Origin: Octopus bimaculoides
Taxonomy: Eukaryota
Assembly: GCF_001194135.2 (NCBI RefSeq)
Contig: NC_068984.1
Coordinates: 21,304,765-21,339,008 of the forward strand
DNA length: 34,244 nucleotides
Direction: 5' to 3'
The position numbers and the translations under genes were made by a program. The notes under the pieces were generated by a model. It did no database searches, was not told where the DNA came from, and was given only the letters and a program-made list of their open reading frames with translations. Positions 12,081 to 22,566 of the stretch are shown here, in pieces; within the stretch, counting starts at the first letter, position 1; the number at the start of each line of letters is the position of its first letter.

Positions 12081-12296
12081 AGCCATGTAACATTCAAACC
12101 AGCCACATCTGGCCTCAATATGCTATCTGTTTTATGATAAAACTGGTCAAATCCAGCCTTTCACAACTATCTTACAAAAAAACAAGCCATCACATCATGA
12201 AAATCTCTTATCTACCAGAGAAAGCATGATTAATTCAAAACAATATGAATAAATAAACATCACATTTGAGAAAGTAATCTGAATGCTAAAGAGCTA
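12081..12296. mobile_element. piggyBac-like MITE, second decayed copy
   Basis: Shares the internal segment with 5946-6131; right end gaatgctaaagagcta approximates gaatgctaaagggttaa. Confidence 0.5.
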
Positions 12297-13164
12297 GTGT
12301 TCCATAGAAAATTTTCAGTAGTTTACAAGGAAATTGGGTTAATGAATGATAATTTTGATAAAAAGTGGTATGCAAATGCATACCATGGTTTCTAAGAATA
12401 TATGTTTATTTCCTGTCTGGTTTAATGCATTATAATTTATGTTGGCAATATTGTAAATGCTATATTGGATATAATTTCTAGGATTTAAAATCTTAATCTT
12501 ATCGAATATTTAATTACTGCATGAATTAATTAAGTAATCTGTATACTAATACAATAGTACATTCCTCCCTAGTGTTTTGAGTAATGCTAACTCAAAGTAA
12601 GAAAGAAACAGTTGGTAGCTATGTTGGTGGTGGTAGAAGAAGCTCTGGCAGTGTCATTAATGTTGATAGGGGAAAATGGAGAGAGGTACAAAGAGACAGA
12701 AGGGAAAGAAAAAAAGAAAGATGGAAATAGCAGAATAAAGAAAGACAGAGAATTCTCAAAAGTGTGAGACAGTAAAAATGGGAGTTAAAGTAAAGAGAAC
12801 GAGGGTGAGAGTGATGTATAAACATTTAAACACAAAGAGGGAGAAGAGAAAGAATATCAAGGTGCAGAATATTTTCTGACATCACTGCATCTTTAGTTAT
12901 CTCATTCTCTTATTTCAAAATCTAAGTTTCTTTACTGAACCAACACAAAAAAAAAAAAAAAAAAAAAAAAAANNNNNNNNNNATCCAAGAGAATGTCCTG
13001 ATGAACGTCAAACTATTCCTCACAAAAATCAATAAAACTTCAGAAGCATTTCTTAAGGAATTCTTAGAATCAAAGAATAACTTTACTGCATAAGTTCTTC
13101 ACAACAGTTCATCCCTGAAAAGTTTTTGGGCCCACCTGTCAAAACACTATTCAGGTGTCACAGA

Positions 13165-13248
13165 TTATGCACTCAGAATCCTTTTCCTCTTTGCAGCTAA
13201 GTATTTTTGTGAATGTGGATCTTCTGGTCTCAAGATCAAATCAAATGA
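13165..13248 (-). CDS. Candidate exon SFDLILRPEDPHSQKYLAAKRKRILSA*, unverified
   Basis: Acceptor attattttcaacag on the - strand; only phase 0 stays open. Visual resemblance to the stathmin motif. No donor, no partner exon and no expression evidence. Confidence 0.2.
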   Translation of the reverse strand, partial: SFDLILRPEDPHSQKYLAAKRKRILSA

Positions 13249-13374
13249 CTGTTGAAAATAATCTGTGCTAACACTAGCAAAAACATAACCTTAGCAGGGA
13301 TAAAAAAAAAATAATGCAGCCATAAAATTTTAAGAAAAAAAAACCCCCTTAAAAACAGGAATCATCTGAAGCAG

Positions 13375-13675
13375 TTCACAACCACCAACATCATCAGCAG
13401 CATCGTCATTGCTTCCACTTCAACCATATACACCGCCATCAATGTTATCACGACGGTTACCTTGACAGTCACTTTCACTACCTCAACCAGTATAACCACT
13501 GCAATACCACCATCACACAACTGACACTGTCATCAACACCACTATTACCACCATCACCTCAGCATCACACCGCTCCTGTCGCCATTATAACCACCGGCAC
13601 TATTTTATCCACCTCCCATACTTATCTCGACCATCGTCATCATCAACACTATCTCTAAACAGCAACACCACCATA
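13375..13675 (+). repeat. Degenerate (ACC/ATC)n low-complexity tract
   Basis: Dense acc/atc/cac triplets; frames read Thr/Ile/His-rich with stops. Confidence 0.75.
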
Positions 13676-13954
13676 GGTTACGTGGAAACGATGTGTTTTC
13701 AAGGGAGATAATCAAAGAACGTAACAAATACTTCATGTAAAGTAAATGTAACAAATGAAAAATCTTTCAAGAATCCATTAAAATTTCTGGATCACTACCA
13801 AAATTTCATCATCTGTTCTATGTGTCATTACTAACTTTTCCTGCAAGTTTCATTAAATACCGTTCACAACTCTTTGAGTTATTTTGCACACAGACGGACA
13901 GACAGACAAACCAACGCCAATGAAAACATAACCTGCTTCCTTGGCGGAGGTAAT
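13675..13954 (-). mobile_element. Helentron-associated (HINE/DINE-1-like) non-autonomous element
   Basis: The - strand reads ttacctccgccaaggaagcaggttatgttttc...gtctgtctgtccgtctgt...gaaacttgcaggaaaagtt...tttggtagtgatccag, i.e. a terminal hairpin followed by a GTCT microsatellite, the layout of HINE/DINE-1-like elements. The superfamily assignment is by recall. Confidence 0.55.
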
Positions 13955-14990
13955 TCTAGCCGTCTGTCACATATGGTGGAGGTAATTAAAGCCGTCTGTC
14001 ACATATTACAATAATATTAAATAGAGTATGTCTATAGTATTATACATTAAAATTTATTAGTATGTCTTCATGAGTTTGTTTATCTTAAAGGTTTACCATT
14101 GCATTGTGTTACCTGATATTCAATTGGATTTGTTCTGTTGAACTGCAATTGGTCTTAAGCATAAGTGGCCCAGCAAGATATTCAATAGATCAAAGTGATT
14201 CCATGATACGAAACAAGTAACCACTGCACTAGGCACCAGCAATTCCTTGTCAAAAGAAGCTGAGATTCAACCTTCTTGACAAACTTGGCTAATAAGTCAA
14301 ATTTGTTCTACACATGACAACTATTTAGGAAAAGCACAAATCAGAAATGCACAAATGAGAGCATATACAAGACTGTTTTGTCACTCTTAACCGACTTCTG
14401 ATAGATTCAGTTGTGGGCAGCTCCAAATGAGAGATTTTCAAAAAACATGTTCACAATCCTGAATTTGAAACTTCTCCAAAAGAGACGAATCAAACTGTTT
14501 TTGTTGCCATCTGGAATTGTTTCCAGGCTGTCATCTCTTGTAACCTTCACTGCAGAATGCAATGGTTGATGGTTTGGCTACATTGAGCAGTTGATGGAGT
14601 GCATTAGCACTTGGCAGCATTCTAAATGGCAAACAGTGAATAATGATAATAGAAGCTATATGTAAGCTGACACACAGCAACAAGATGTGCGTCAATTGAT
14701 GCACACAAGCTAAGAGTCAGCAGACACATACACAAGACAAGTTATGTTGGCATACACACACACACAAACTATGAGTCAGTTCTTCTCCACCTCTCTCTGT
14801 CTCACACACACACACACACACACACAGAGTAACAAGCTGTGTGTCAGTTGACATACAACAGTACACTATATCTCAACTGAAAGAGAACAGTAATATTTGG
14901 ATATGGAAAGAGCAAAAGAGAGCAAAATAATGATAAAGATATGATAAAGAAAACACAAACCACTTCTGCCAATTTTCAAATGAATTGTAA

Positions 14991-14994
<4 letters not shown>

Positions 14995-15034
<40 letters not shown>
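14995..15034. repeat. (TA)n microsatellite running into the N gap at 15035-15261
   Basis: Seen directly. Confidence 0.95.
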
Positions 15035-15261
15035 NNNNNNNNNNNNNNNNNNNNNNNNNNNNNNNNNNNNNNNNNNNNNNNNNNNNNNNNNNNNNNNNNN
15101 NNNNNNNNNNNNNNNNNNNNNNNNNNNNNNNNNNNNNNNNNNNNNNNNNNNNNNNNNNNNNNNNNNNNNNNNNNNNNNNNNNNNNNNNNNNNNNNNNNNN
15201 NNNNNNNNNNNNNNNNNNNNNNNNNNNNNNNNNNNNNNNNNNNNNNNNNNNNNNNNNNNNN

Positions 15262-15417
15262 CATCATCATCATCGTTTAACGTCCGCTTTCCATGCTAGC
15301 ATGGGTTGGACGATTTGACTGAGGACTGGTGAAACCGGATGGCAACACCAGGCTCCAGTCTGATTTGGCAGAGTTTCTACAGCTGGATGCCCTTCCTAAC
15401 GCCAACCACTCAGAGAG
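15262..15417 (-). mobile_element. Young, 5'-truncated RTE-type tail copy
   Basis: 15262-15356 is identical to 34150-34244; followed by (TA)n at 15418-15441. Confidence 0.92.
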
Positions 15418-15644
15418 TATATATATATATATATATATATATCCTTTATACTATAGACTGTACTGTGATCATCCCAAGAATATGGACTATGATCTTAATA
15501 AACGTGATTTGTGGAAACACATGTAATAATGCATTAAATATTTATAAATTCAATTCATGGATTATTATTATCATTATTACACATACAAACACTAAACACT
15601 GTAATATTGTATAATCTATACATACAAAATATAATAGTGTATAT

Positions 15645-15850
15645 CATCATCATTTAAAGTCTAATTTCCATGCTGGCATGGGTTGGATGGCCTGAAAAAA
15701 TCTGATGAGCCACAGGGCTGCAGTAATGTCTGCCCTAATGTCAGCATTAGCATGACTTCTGTGGCTCGATTACCTTCCTAAAGTCAACCACTTTACAGAA
15801 TGTACTGGATGCTTTTTTCTATGGCACCAACATTAGTGAGGTCACCAAGT
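15645..15850 (-). mobile_element. Older RTE-type tail copy
   Basis: catcatcatttaaagtctaatttccatgctggcatgggttggatgg...ccttcctaaagtcaaccactttacaga. Confidence 0.75.
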
Positions 15851-16009
15851 AACTCAGAGGACAGAACCCCTTAATTTAGTGGGGGTGTAGTACTAATAGT
15901 TGTGGCTTTCTGCCTGGTGTTAAGCAGTTAAGGTGTAGTTGAGGGACATAAACAAGTGCCTTGCTGTTAATGAGATACAATGGCTGCCCCAGCTGGAAAG
16001 AGAGAAAAG

Positions 16010-16600
16010 AGACGGTAGTGATGAAGTATCAGGGCATATCCTCAGTGTACAAGAAGGTGAATATAAGAGGGTATAGGGACAGAGGATTGGAAATGGTGGA
16101 TGGGAAGTAAGTAAACAAGAGGGTGAAAGGAGAATGACGGATAGTTAGAGATGGGGATAGAGGTTAATGCAGTGAATGGGGAAGAGGTGGATGCATGGTC
16201 AATGATGAAAACGAGTCTGAAGAGAAGAGAAGGAAATGAGGTCAGGGATAAGGAAGAAGAGATGACTGTATGAAAGAAAAGGAGTGGAGGATAACAGTAT
16301 AATAAAACTGTAGACAGACTGAGAGAGGGATGCACAGTGACAGAGGAACAAAAGGGAAATAGGGAGTGAACAACTAAAATGGGGACATGGAAGGCAGTAA
16401 GGGATGATATTGGGAATGCGAGATGGATGACAAAAGGAACTGGTTCAAGGAAAAGGGATAACTGATAGCACAGGAAGGAGTCCTATAATTACAGCACCTG
16501 AGTGAAGAGTGTCATAATCAGAAGAGTGATGGTGGGACAAGTGCAAGAAAGATGAACATTTCATAGAGACAGACTGGGTGAGGAATCATAGACATAAATG
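16010..16600 (+). repeat. Purine-rich (G/A) low-complexity tract
   Basis: Strong G+A skew over about 600 bp; explains ORF 16042-16335. Confidence 0.75.
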
Positions 16601-16610
16601 AAATGCTTTT

Positions 16611-17036
16611 AGGACTTCATTTGTGCCGAGATGGGCAGATCTTTTTACACACGGCATATTATCATTTATCTAAGTCCTTTGTCTTCTCTGTAAGACTCAA
16701 CATCCTGAGGTCGTTCTTCACTACATTGCTCCACATCTTCCATTCACTCTTAACAATTAGCAAGTCTTTAAGCAGCTGCCCTCATCCATACACATCACAT
16801 GACCATACCTGTACAGTTTCTTTCTTATACATTACATCTGGTTTCTTATGCTCAACTTTTTTCTCAACACATTTGCACTTAGCCATATATGCACACTGAT
16901 GTTGCACATCCAAAGTATGTGAGCTACATGTCTTTGCATGTCCTTTGCATTCATGGCTCACATTTCACTCCCATGTAGTACTGATGTTCATACACAAATA
17001 TCATACAAGATGCCTTTAACTTCAGGAGAGAGGCCT
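16611..17036 (-). pseudogene. Decayed RTE-clade LINE ORF C-terminus (post-RT region)
   Basis: Manual translation: GLSPEVKGILYDICV*TSVLHGSEM*AMNAKDMQRHVAHILWMCNISVH..SANVLRKKLSIR / LYRYGHVMCMDEGSCLK / WSNVVKNDLRMLSLTE. This fits the RTE pattern LY..CV...LhGSE.W...WMC...LRWyGHV.RM...W..vv..DL. In-frame stops and frameshifts are present. Confidence 0.88.
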
Positions 17037-17477
17037 TTATATGTTCTTCAGTTGGTTTTAATTCAAGCAACTATATATACTAAACACTGCAATGTTGTAA
17101 AATATATATAAATACACACATGCGTGCACATGCACTAAATACTGTAATATTGCATAATATAACAATTCTAAATGATGTAATATTGTATAATGTATACACC
17201 GTAACAATCAAATTGCTTAATGATGATAATCTGTTTGAGTCATCAGCATTAGATTAAAGAATGTAGCTATTATCTACAAATGAGCTGGGGTAATAAAAAT
17301 ATCTGAGATACTAAAGAAGCAAGCCATACATGGTTCCTATTCAATATGTTCCTTTGTTCAAATTCTGTTTCAATTAACTCCATTCTTTATAAAGAAGTCA
17401 ATCCAAAAACCATAGCCAAGTCATTTACAAAATTGCTCCCCATCTAGAAAAAGAAGCCCATTACTATTGTTGTTGAT

Positions 17478-17655
17478 AAGGTGATGAGCTGGCAGAATTG
17501 TTAGCATGCTAGGCTATGTTCTGAGTTCAAATTCCACCAAGGTCAACTTTGCCTTTCATCCTTTCAGTTCAATAAAAGGAGTACTAGTTGAGCACTGGGG
17601 TTGATGGAATCAAATAGCACCACCCCATCAATTTTCAGGCCTTGTACAATAATAT
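17478..17655 (+). mobile_element. SINE family B, cluster copy 1
   Basis: aaggtgatgagctggcagaattgttagc...ctgagttcaaattccaccaaggtcaactttgcctttcatcc...ctggggttgatg. Confidence 0.85.
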
Positions 17656-17852
17656 CTTTTGTCTCTTATTTGCTTCATTCATTTGACTGCGACCATACTG
17701 GGACCACCTTCAAGTGTTTTTCAGTCAGAGATCGATCCCAGAACTTAGTTTTTTAAAGCCTAGTACTTACTCTCTCAGACTCATTTGCTGAAACACTAAG
17801 TTATGGGGGACATAACACACCATCATAGGTTGTGAAGCAGTAGTAGGGGACA

Positions 17853-17893
<41 letters not shown>

Positions 17894-18013
17894 GATGGGC
17901 TTCTGTCAGCCTGAGGCTATAGTAGAAGACACTTGTCCAAAGTGCAATGTAGTGGGACTGAACCCAGAACCATGTTGTTGGGAAGCAAGCTTCTTACCAT
18001 ACAGCCATGCCTG
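17655..18013 (-). mobile_element. SINE family A, near full length, with internal (TA)n expansion
   Basis: Colinear with the reverse complement of 33088-33478; TA run at about 17856-17890. Confidence 0.88.
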
Positions 18014-18042
18014 TGTCTAAAGAATTATAATTAATGTTATTA

Positions 18043-18767
18043 AAGGTGATAGAATGGCTGGAGTGGTGGAAAAATGACTTCTGTTATTTTAAGGTACTTT
18101 CTGGGTTCAGATTTGTTGAGGTCAACTTTGTGTCTCATCCTTCTGGGATTAACAAAAAGCGTACCAGTTAAGGACTGGGGTTGATATCAATTAAATCCCC
18201 TTCTCCAATTGTCAGAGATTACTAGAAACAATTCCCTTTCATCCCTTTTGTAAAGCTTCACACAAATTGTAAACAGTCCCTGTTATGTCTACCTTGTCAG
18301 ATGACCTTGTGGCAAATAAAAGAAATTATCATTATAATCAATATTATCACCACAGAGGCAGCAAGTTGGCAGAATTGTTAACCTGTCAGATATACTTTTT
18401 GTCATTTCTTCCATGTCTTAATGTTTTGAGTTCAAATCTCACTGAGGTTAACTTCACTTTTCATCTTTTGATACAATAAAGTACCAATCAAGTACTGGGG
18501 TTGATGTAATCAACTTGCCCCTCCGCCCTCAAAATTGCTGATGTTGTGCTAAAATTTGAAAGAATTATTATTATTAAGGCAGCAAGCTGGCAGAATGCTT
18601 AGCAGCATTTCGTCTGTCTTTATGTTCCAAGTTCAAATTCTGCCAAGGTCAACTTTGCCTTTGATCCTTCTGGGGGTGATAAAATAAGTACAAGTTGAGC
18701 ACTGGGGTTGATGTAATCAGCTAATACCCTTTCCAAAATTTCAGACCTTGTGCCTATAGTAAAAAGG

Positions 18768-18842
<75 letters not shown>

Positions 18843-19290
18843 GCTGTTGCAGAAGGTGGAAAGGTGGCAGAGTCATTTGTCAGACAAATGCCTAATGGTA
18901 TTTCTTCTGACTTTTTATGTTCTGAGATCAAATCTTGCCAAGGTCAACTCTGTCTTTCATCCTTCTAAGGTCAGTTAGTAAGGTACCAGTTAAGTAGTGA
19001 GGTCAACAGTATTGACTAAATTCCTTTCCCTCACAACTGCTGGCTTTGTGCCTAAATTATAAACCATTATTATTATATCAAAGCAGCCAGCTGGCAGAAT
19101 TGATACCAAGCTGGATGAAATGCTTAGCTGTATTTTGTCTATCTTTATGTTCTGAGTTCAATTACTGCTGAAGTAGACTATGCTTTTCCGAGTCAATGAA
19201 ATCAGCACCAGTGAATCACTGGTATTGATGTAATTAAGTAGCTCTTTCCCCAAAATTTCAGGTCTTGTGCCTGTAGTAGAAAGGATTATT
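18043..19290 (+). mobile_element. Head-to-tail run of five SINE family B copies (starts near 18043, 18355, 18576, 18852, 19080)
   Basis: Each unit carries ..ggcagaat..ttctgagttcaaat..aggtcaact..tcatcc..gtaccag..ctggggttgatgtaatc and most end in an att-type microsatellite. Confidence 0.85.
18769..18842. repeat. (TAC)n microsatellite at a SINE B tail
   Basis: Perfect ACT/TAC run of about 25 units; gives the poly-T and poly-V ORFs. Confidence 0.98.
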
Positions 19291-19299
19291 ATTATAATC

Positions 19300-19526
19300 A
19301 TTTATTTCTTTATTTCCCACAAGGGGCTAAACATAAAGGGGACAAAGAAGGACAGATAAAGGAATTACATCAACTCCAGTGCATAACTGGTACTTATTTA
19401 ATCGACCCTGAAAGGATGAAAGGCAAAGTTGACCTCAGCAGAATTTGAACTCAGAACATAGCGGCAGACGAAATACTAGTAAGCCCTTCACCCGGCGTGT
19501 TAACAATTCTACCAGCTCGCCGCCCT
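19300..19526 (-). mobile_element. SINE family B, inverted copy with an alternative 3' tail
   Basis: The - strand head reads tagggcggcgagctggtagaattgttaacacgccggg; the tail reads ...ctttatctgtccttctttgtcccctttatgtttagccccttgtgggaaataaagaaat. Confidence 0.88.
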
Positions 19527-19556
19527 AAATTATTATCATCATCATTATCATTATAT

Positions 19557-19752
19557 AAGGCGGCGAACTGACAGAATCGTAAGCATGCTGGACTAAATGC
19601 CTAGCGGTATTTCGTATGCTGCTATGCTCTGAGATCAAATTCCACAGAGGCCGACCTTGCCTTTCATCCTCTCAAGTGAAACACAGGGTCGATATGATTG
19701 ACTAGTCCCCTCCCCCAAAATTTCAGGCTTTGTGCTTTTAGTGAAAAGGATT
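19557..19752 (+). mobile_element. SINE family B copy, head-to-head with 19300-19526
   Basis: aaggcggcgaactgacagaatcgtaagcatgctgg...tagcggtatttcg...gtgaaaaggattatt. Confidence 0.88.
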
Positions 19753-20132
19753 ATTTATTTATTATTATTATTATACTAAGAAGAACACAATAGAAATGTT
19801 CTCTTTTAGAAGCAAACTTCATATGAGTGTCTTTCTATCTGACAACCTTTCAATCACTTTTTCTCAGCTAAACAAACTGAAGCACAATAGAGTGACATAT
19901 TTTATCTAGACACAATACAATTGCTGTAACAAGATCTAAACAGCCAACAACAACTGAACAATTCAATATAACTGTGAACAGTTGGATCAATTAAGAATCA
20001 TTTAAATATGACAAAAATGCCACCAACACACACAGCTGGTGTGCTGAGACAAACTAACTTTATATCATCTAGATAAAATTAACGAGTTTATAGAGTTGAT
20101 GTAAGCAAAGGAAAACATAAAAAATATTTTAT

Positions 20133-20285
20133 AGGTGAAGACATGGCTGTGTGATTAAGTTGATTTTGCGATCACATGGTTCTTGGTTCAATCCCATTGC
20201 ATGGTACTATGGGCAAGAGTCTTTCACTGAAGTTTCAGTTTGACCCATGGTTTGTGAATGAAGTCGGGCAGATAGGTGAAAAAAG
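20133..20285 (+). mobile_element. SINE family A, 5' half, diverged
   Basis: ggtgaagacatggctgtgtgattaag...ggttcaatcccattgcatggtactatgggcaagagtcttt. Confidence 0.8.
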
Positions 20286-20289
20286 TGAA

Positions 20290-20735
20290 ATAAACATCAG
20301 AGACGCTTTGCCTCACACACAAACTGCAGGAACTACTCAGAGGTTTTGCAAGCTCTTCTAAATATAAGACAATGCTGGAAAGCCTTCCGTATCATCAGCA
20401 GGTATGCTGAGTTAGGCAGCGAGGGCTGAAATAGCCTTTGCCTAAGGAAGAGTTCCACTTGCAGTCTCTTATCAACCATAGCCACTTTGAGCTAGTTTCA
20501 GCGGTTGTGCTTATCTCTTTGATGGCTTTCTTCAGTTGTTTGGGATCCAGACCTATCTTCTGCAGGAAACAACACACCAATCAAGCTGGAATGCCACAGG
20601 ATCCAAGGAAGACATTTGGATGGACTATAATCTGCCATGGGTGGTAGACTTAATATGTTATCTGGTTTACCTTATCAACTCCTGGCCATAGGGTGGCCTC
20701 TGCCTGAATCTGAGCTCCACAACCAATACTCTTCA
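20290..20735 (-). pseudogene. Decayed HERO-like (RLE-type) non-LTR retrotransposon C-terminus and probable 3' UTR
   Basis: Manual translation: VLVVEL...WQIIVHPNVFLGSCGIPA*LVCCFLQKIGLDPKQLKKAIKEISTTAETSSKWLWLIRD. This resembles the HERO-type end VILIELTVPWE...GW...PVEVGCRGF.A....L..lG...kkai.....AE.aS.WLW.kR. Recall-based alignment. Confidence 0.65.
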
Positions 20736-21937
20736 AAACAAACAGTAAGAGATTTATAGAAAATAACAGAGACATATAAAAACTTAGTTTCTTACTTAGA
20801 ATTGACAAGACTTCACTGTAATTCCAGTATTGCCATTTAGTGTACCAGTGAACAGTAATTTTTTTTGTTGTTTTTGTTTTTACAGTACCTTGTTTTGTTT
20901 TTTCCTTTCAGATAGCAAAATACAAACAACAAAACTCCCATATACTTGTCAGCTGATTCTAAATTGTCTGGGATGCATTTAATAGAATTCCCTTTCATCC
21001 TCAGCAGAAAATTCTAATTCCTGCAGTACTTTTGCAATTGTGAACATCCGATGTTTTTGCCTTTCCTCGCAAGATGTGCCTAGCTGTAGGGAGCTTGGCT
21101 TTATGGTCAAAGAATAAAAATATCAGAGAAAAAATTCTCAAGAACACCTAATTTTTGAGCAGGCATTTGTAAACAAGCTAATATTTCAATGACAAATCTT
21201 TATTCTAATGATCTGAATTACTTTTAGCTTGACCTTGTTTTAATATGGGGCTTCCCTATTCCAACTATGTCGGGAATTCAGAGGTCAAATGTGAAATTCC
21301 CAGACAGAGTTAATATAATCATCTAGTCTTTGGTTGTCTTTAGCAATGCCTACTTTGTTGCAAACATTAGGGCTAAGTGTCCAATATGAGGACAACTTTC
21401 CTCCTTCTGTTCACCAATCTCAGAGGACCTCCAAAATGGGTCATGGTTGCTGACCTTCTTATTTGACTAAAAAAAAAGGTTAATTTGACTTTTTTGTGGG
21501 GGGGGGGGAGTCAATCCGTCAAGCAGCTTTATTAAACAATTTGGTTCAGTGAAATCTATCTGATAATTCTGCTCAATAAATCCATCAGAGTAATCCAAAT
21601 TGACATGAAAAATGCAACAAACAACGTGAATATGCGTATGTTATGTTAGTGAATGTTTGATGCACATGAATGTGCAATTAGATTTATAACATCTATACGT
21701 ATCTGTATGTGTACATGCACAAGAATGTGTATGTGTGTAATTGGAGGGGGTAAATTTGCCTAAGTCTTTGTAGGTAAGTGTAAGCATATGGAAGAATAAA
21801 ACTGAGATGAATATATAAAAAACAAAAAGAAAATAAATTGGCTACACTCCATTAAACTAAAAGGTATTCTAGTGTGATTAAGTGCATACGTGTGTGAGCA
21901 TGTACCGTGTTCTTAACGAACTTCAATTGTGACCTAC

Positions 21938-22044
21938 TTTTGACTTCTATTGAGAGCCATTTCATTTACATAGTCATCCTTGAGCACAGCATAACCATCA
22001 CTGCCTCTCATTGACCCAGTTTTCACAGATGGCTTCATGCTGTT
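21938..22044 (-). CDS. Candidate 107-nt internal exon NSMKPSVKTGSMRGSDGYAVLKDDYVNEMALNRSQ, unverified
   Basis: Acceptor tttcctataaacag and donor AA|GTAGGT; one of three frames is open; non-repetitive sequence. No recognisable homologue. Confidence 0.25.
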
Positions 22045-22344
22045 CTGTTTATAGGAAATTACCCCAGTACTACTACTACCACCACCACCGTCTCTCTACC
22101 ATAAAAGAGCAGCCTCTTGTCTCCAAACCACAACAATTGATGAACAGGATTCAACAAGGGAATCTCTATGTTGTAGCTTTACCTGATTAGAATTAACAGC
22201 TAAATCTGCCTCACATTCTGTCTTGAAAGGACACCTTAGACAATGCAGTAGCCTCTGATATTAAACAAATGGCATGATCATGATTTGAATGCTTTGAGTC
22301 ATAAGACTACAGGACCAGGGCTGACCTGCAGCTGAACAAGAAAG

Positions 22345-22520
22345 AAGCCTTTGCATGGTTGTTCAAGTTGCTGGGAATAGCAGCCAAATTTTCCTTAACT
22401 GACACACATTGGATAATGCAGTAATCACCACTAATATATGAAAAAACAAGATAAAATAAAACAGTCATGCTTGCTTTTAAGTCTGCTCAATTCTGGGCTG
22501 ATCTGCGGCTCAATAACAGC
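22345..22520 (+). mobile_element. Repeat family C copy (an adjacent second copy lies at about 22160-22345)
   Basis: tttgcatggttgttcaagttgctgggaatagcagccaaatttt...ggataatgcagt...gggctgatctgcggctcaataacagcaac. Confidence 0.6.
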
Positions 22521-22566
22521 AACCAATGAAGCAATGCCATAAATCTAGACACAGCTAAAGATTTAA

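Noticed and set aside
12947-12972. Poly(A) run as a possible retrocopy tail
   Set aside because: No nearby AATAAA, TSD or recognisable upstream gene, and the run ends in an N gap.
17478-19752. Regular repeat-spacer appearance suggesting a CRISPR-like array
   Set aside because: The units are ~200-bp diverged SINEs in mixed orientation, with no short constant repeat, no unique spacers and no cas genes.
20976-21083. Minus-strand frame LGTSCEERQKHRMFTIAKVLQELEFSAEDEREFY*
   Set aside because: Weak polypyrimidine tract, phase-incompatible with the 21938 candidate exon, and no recognised homologue.
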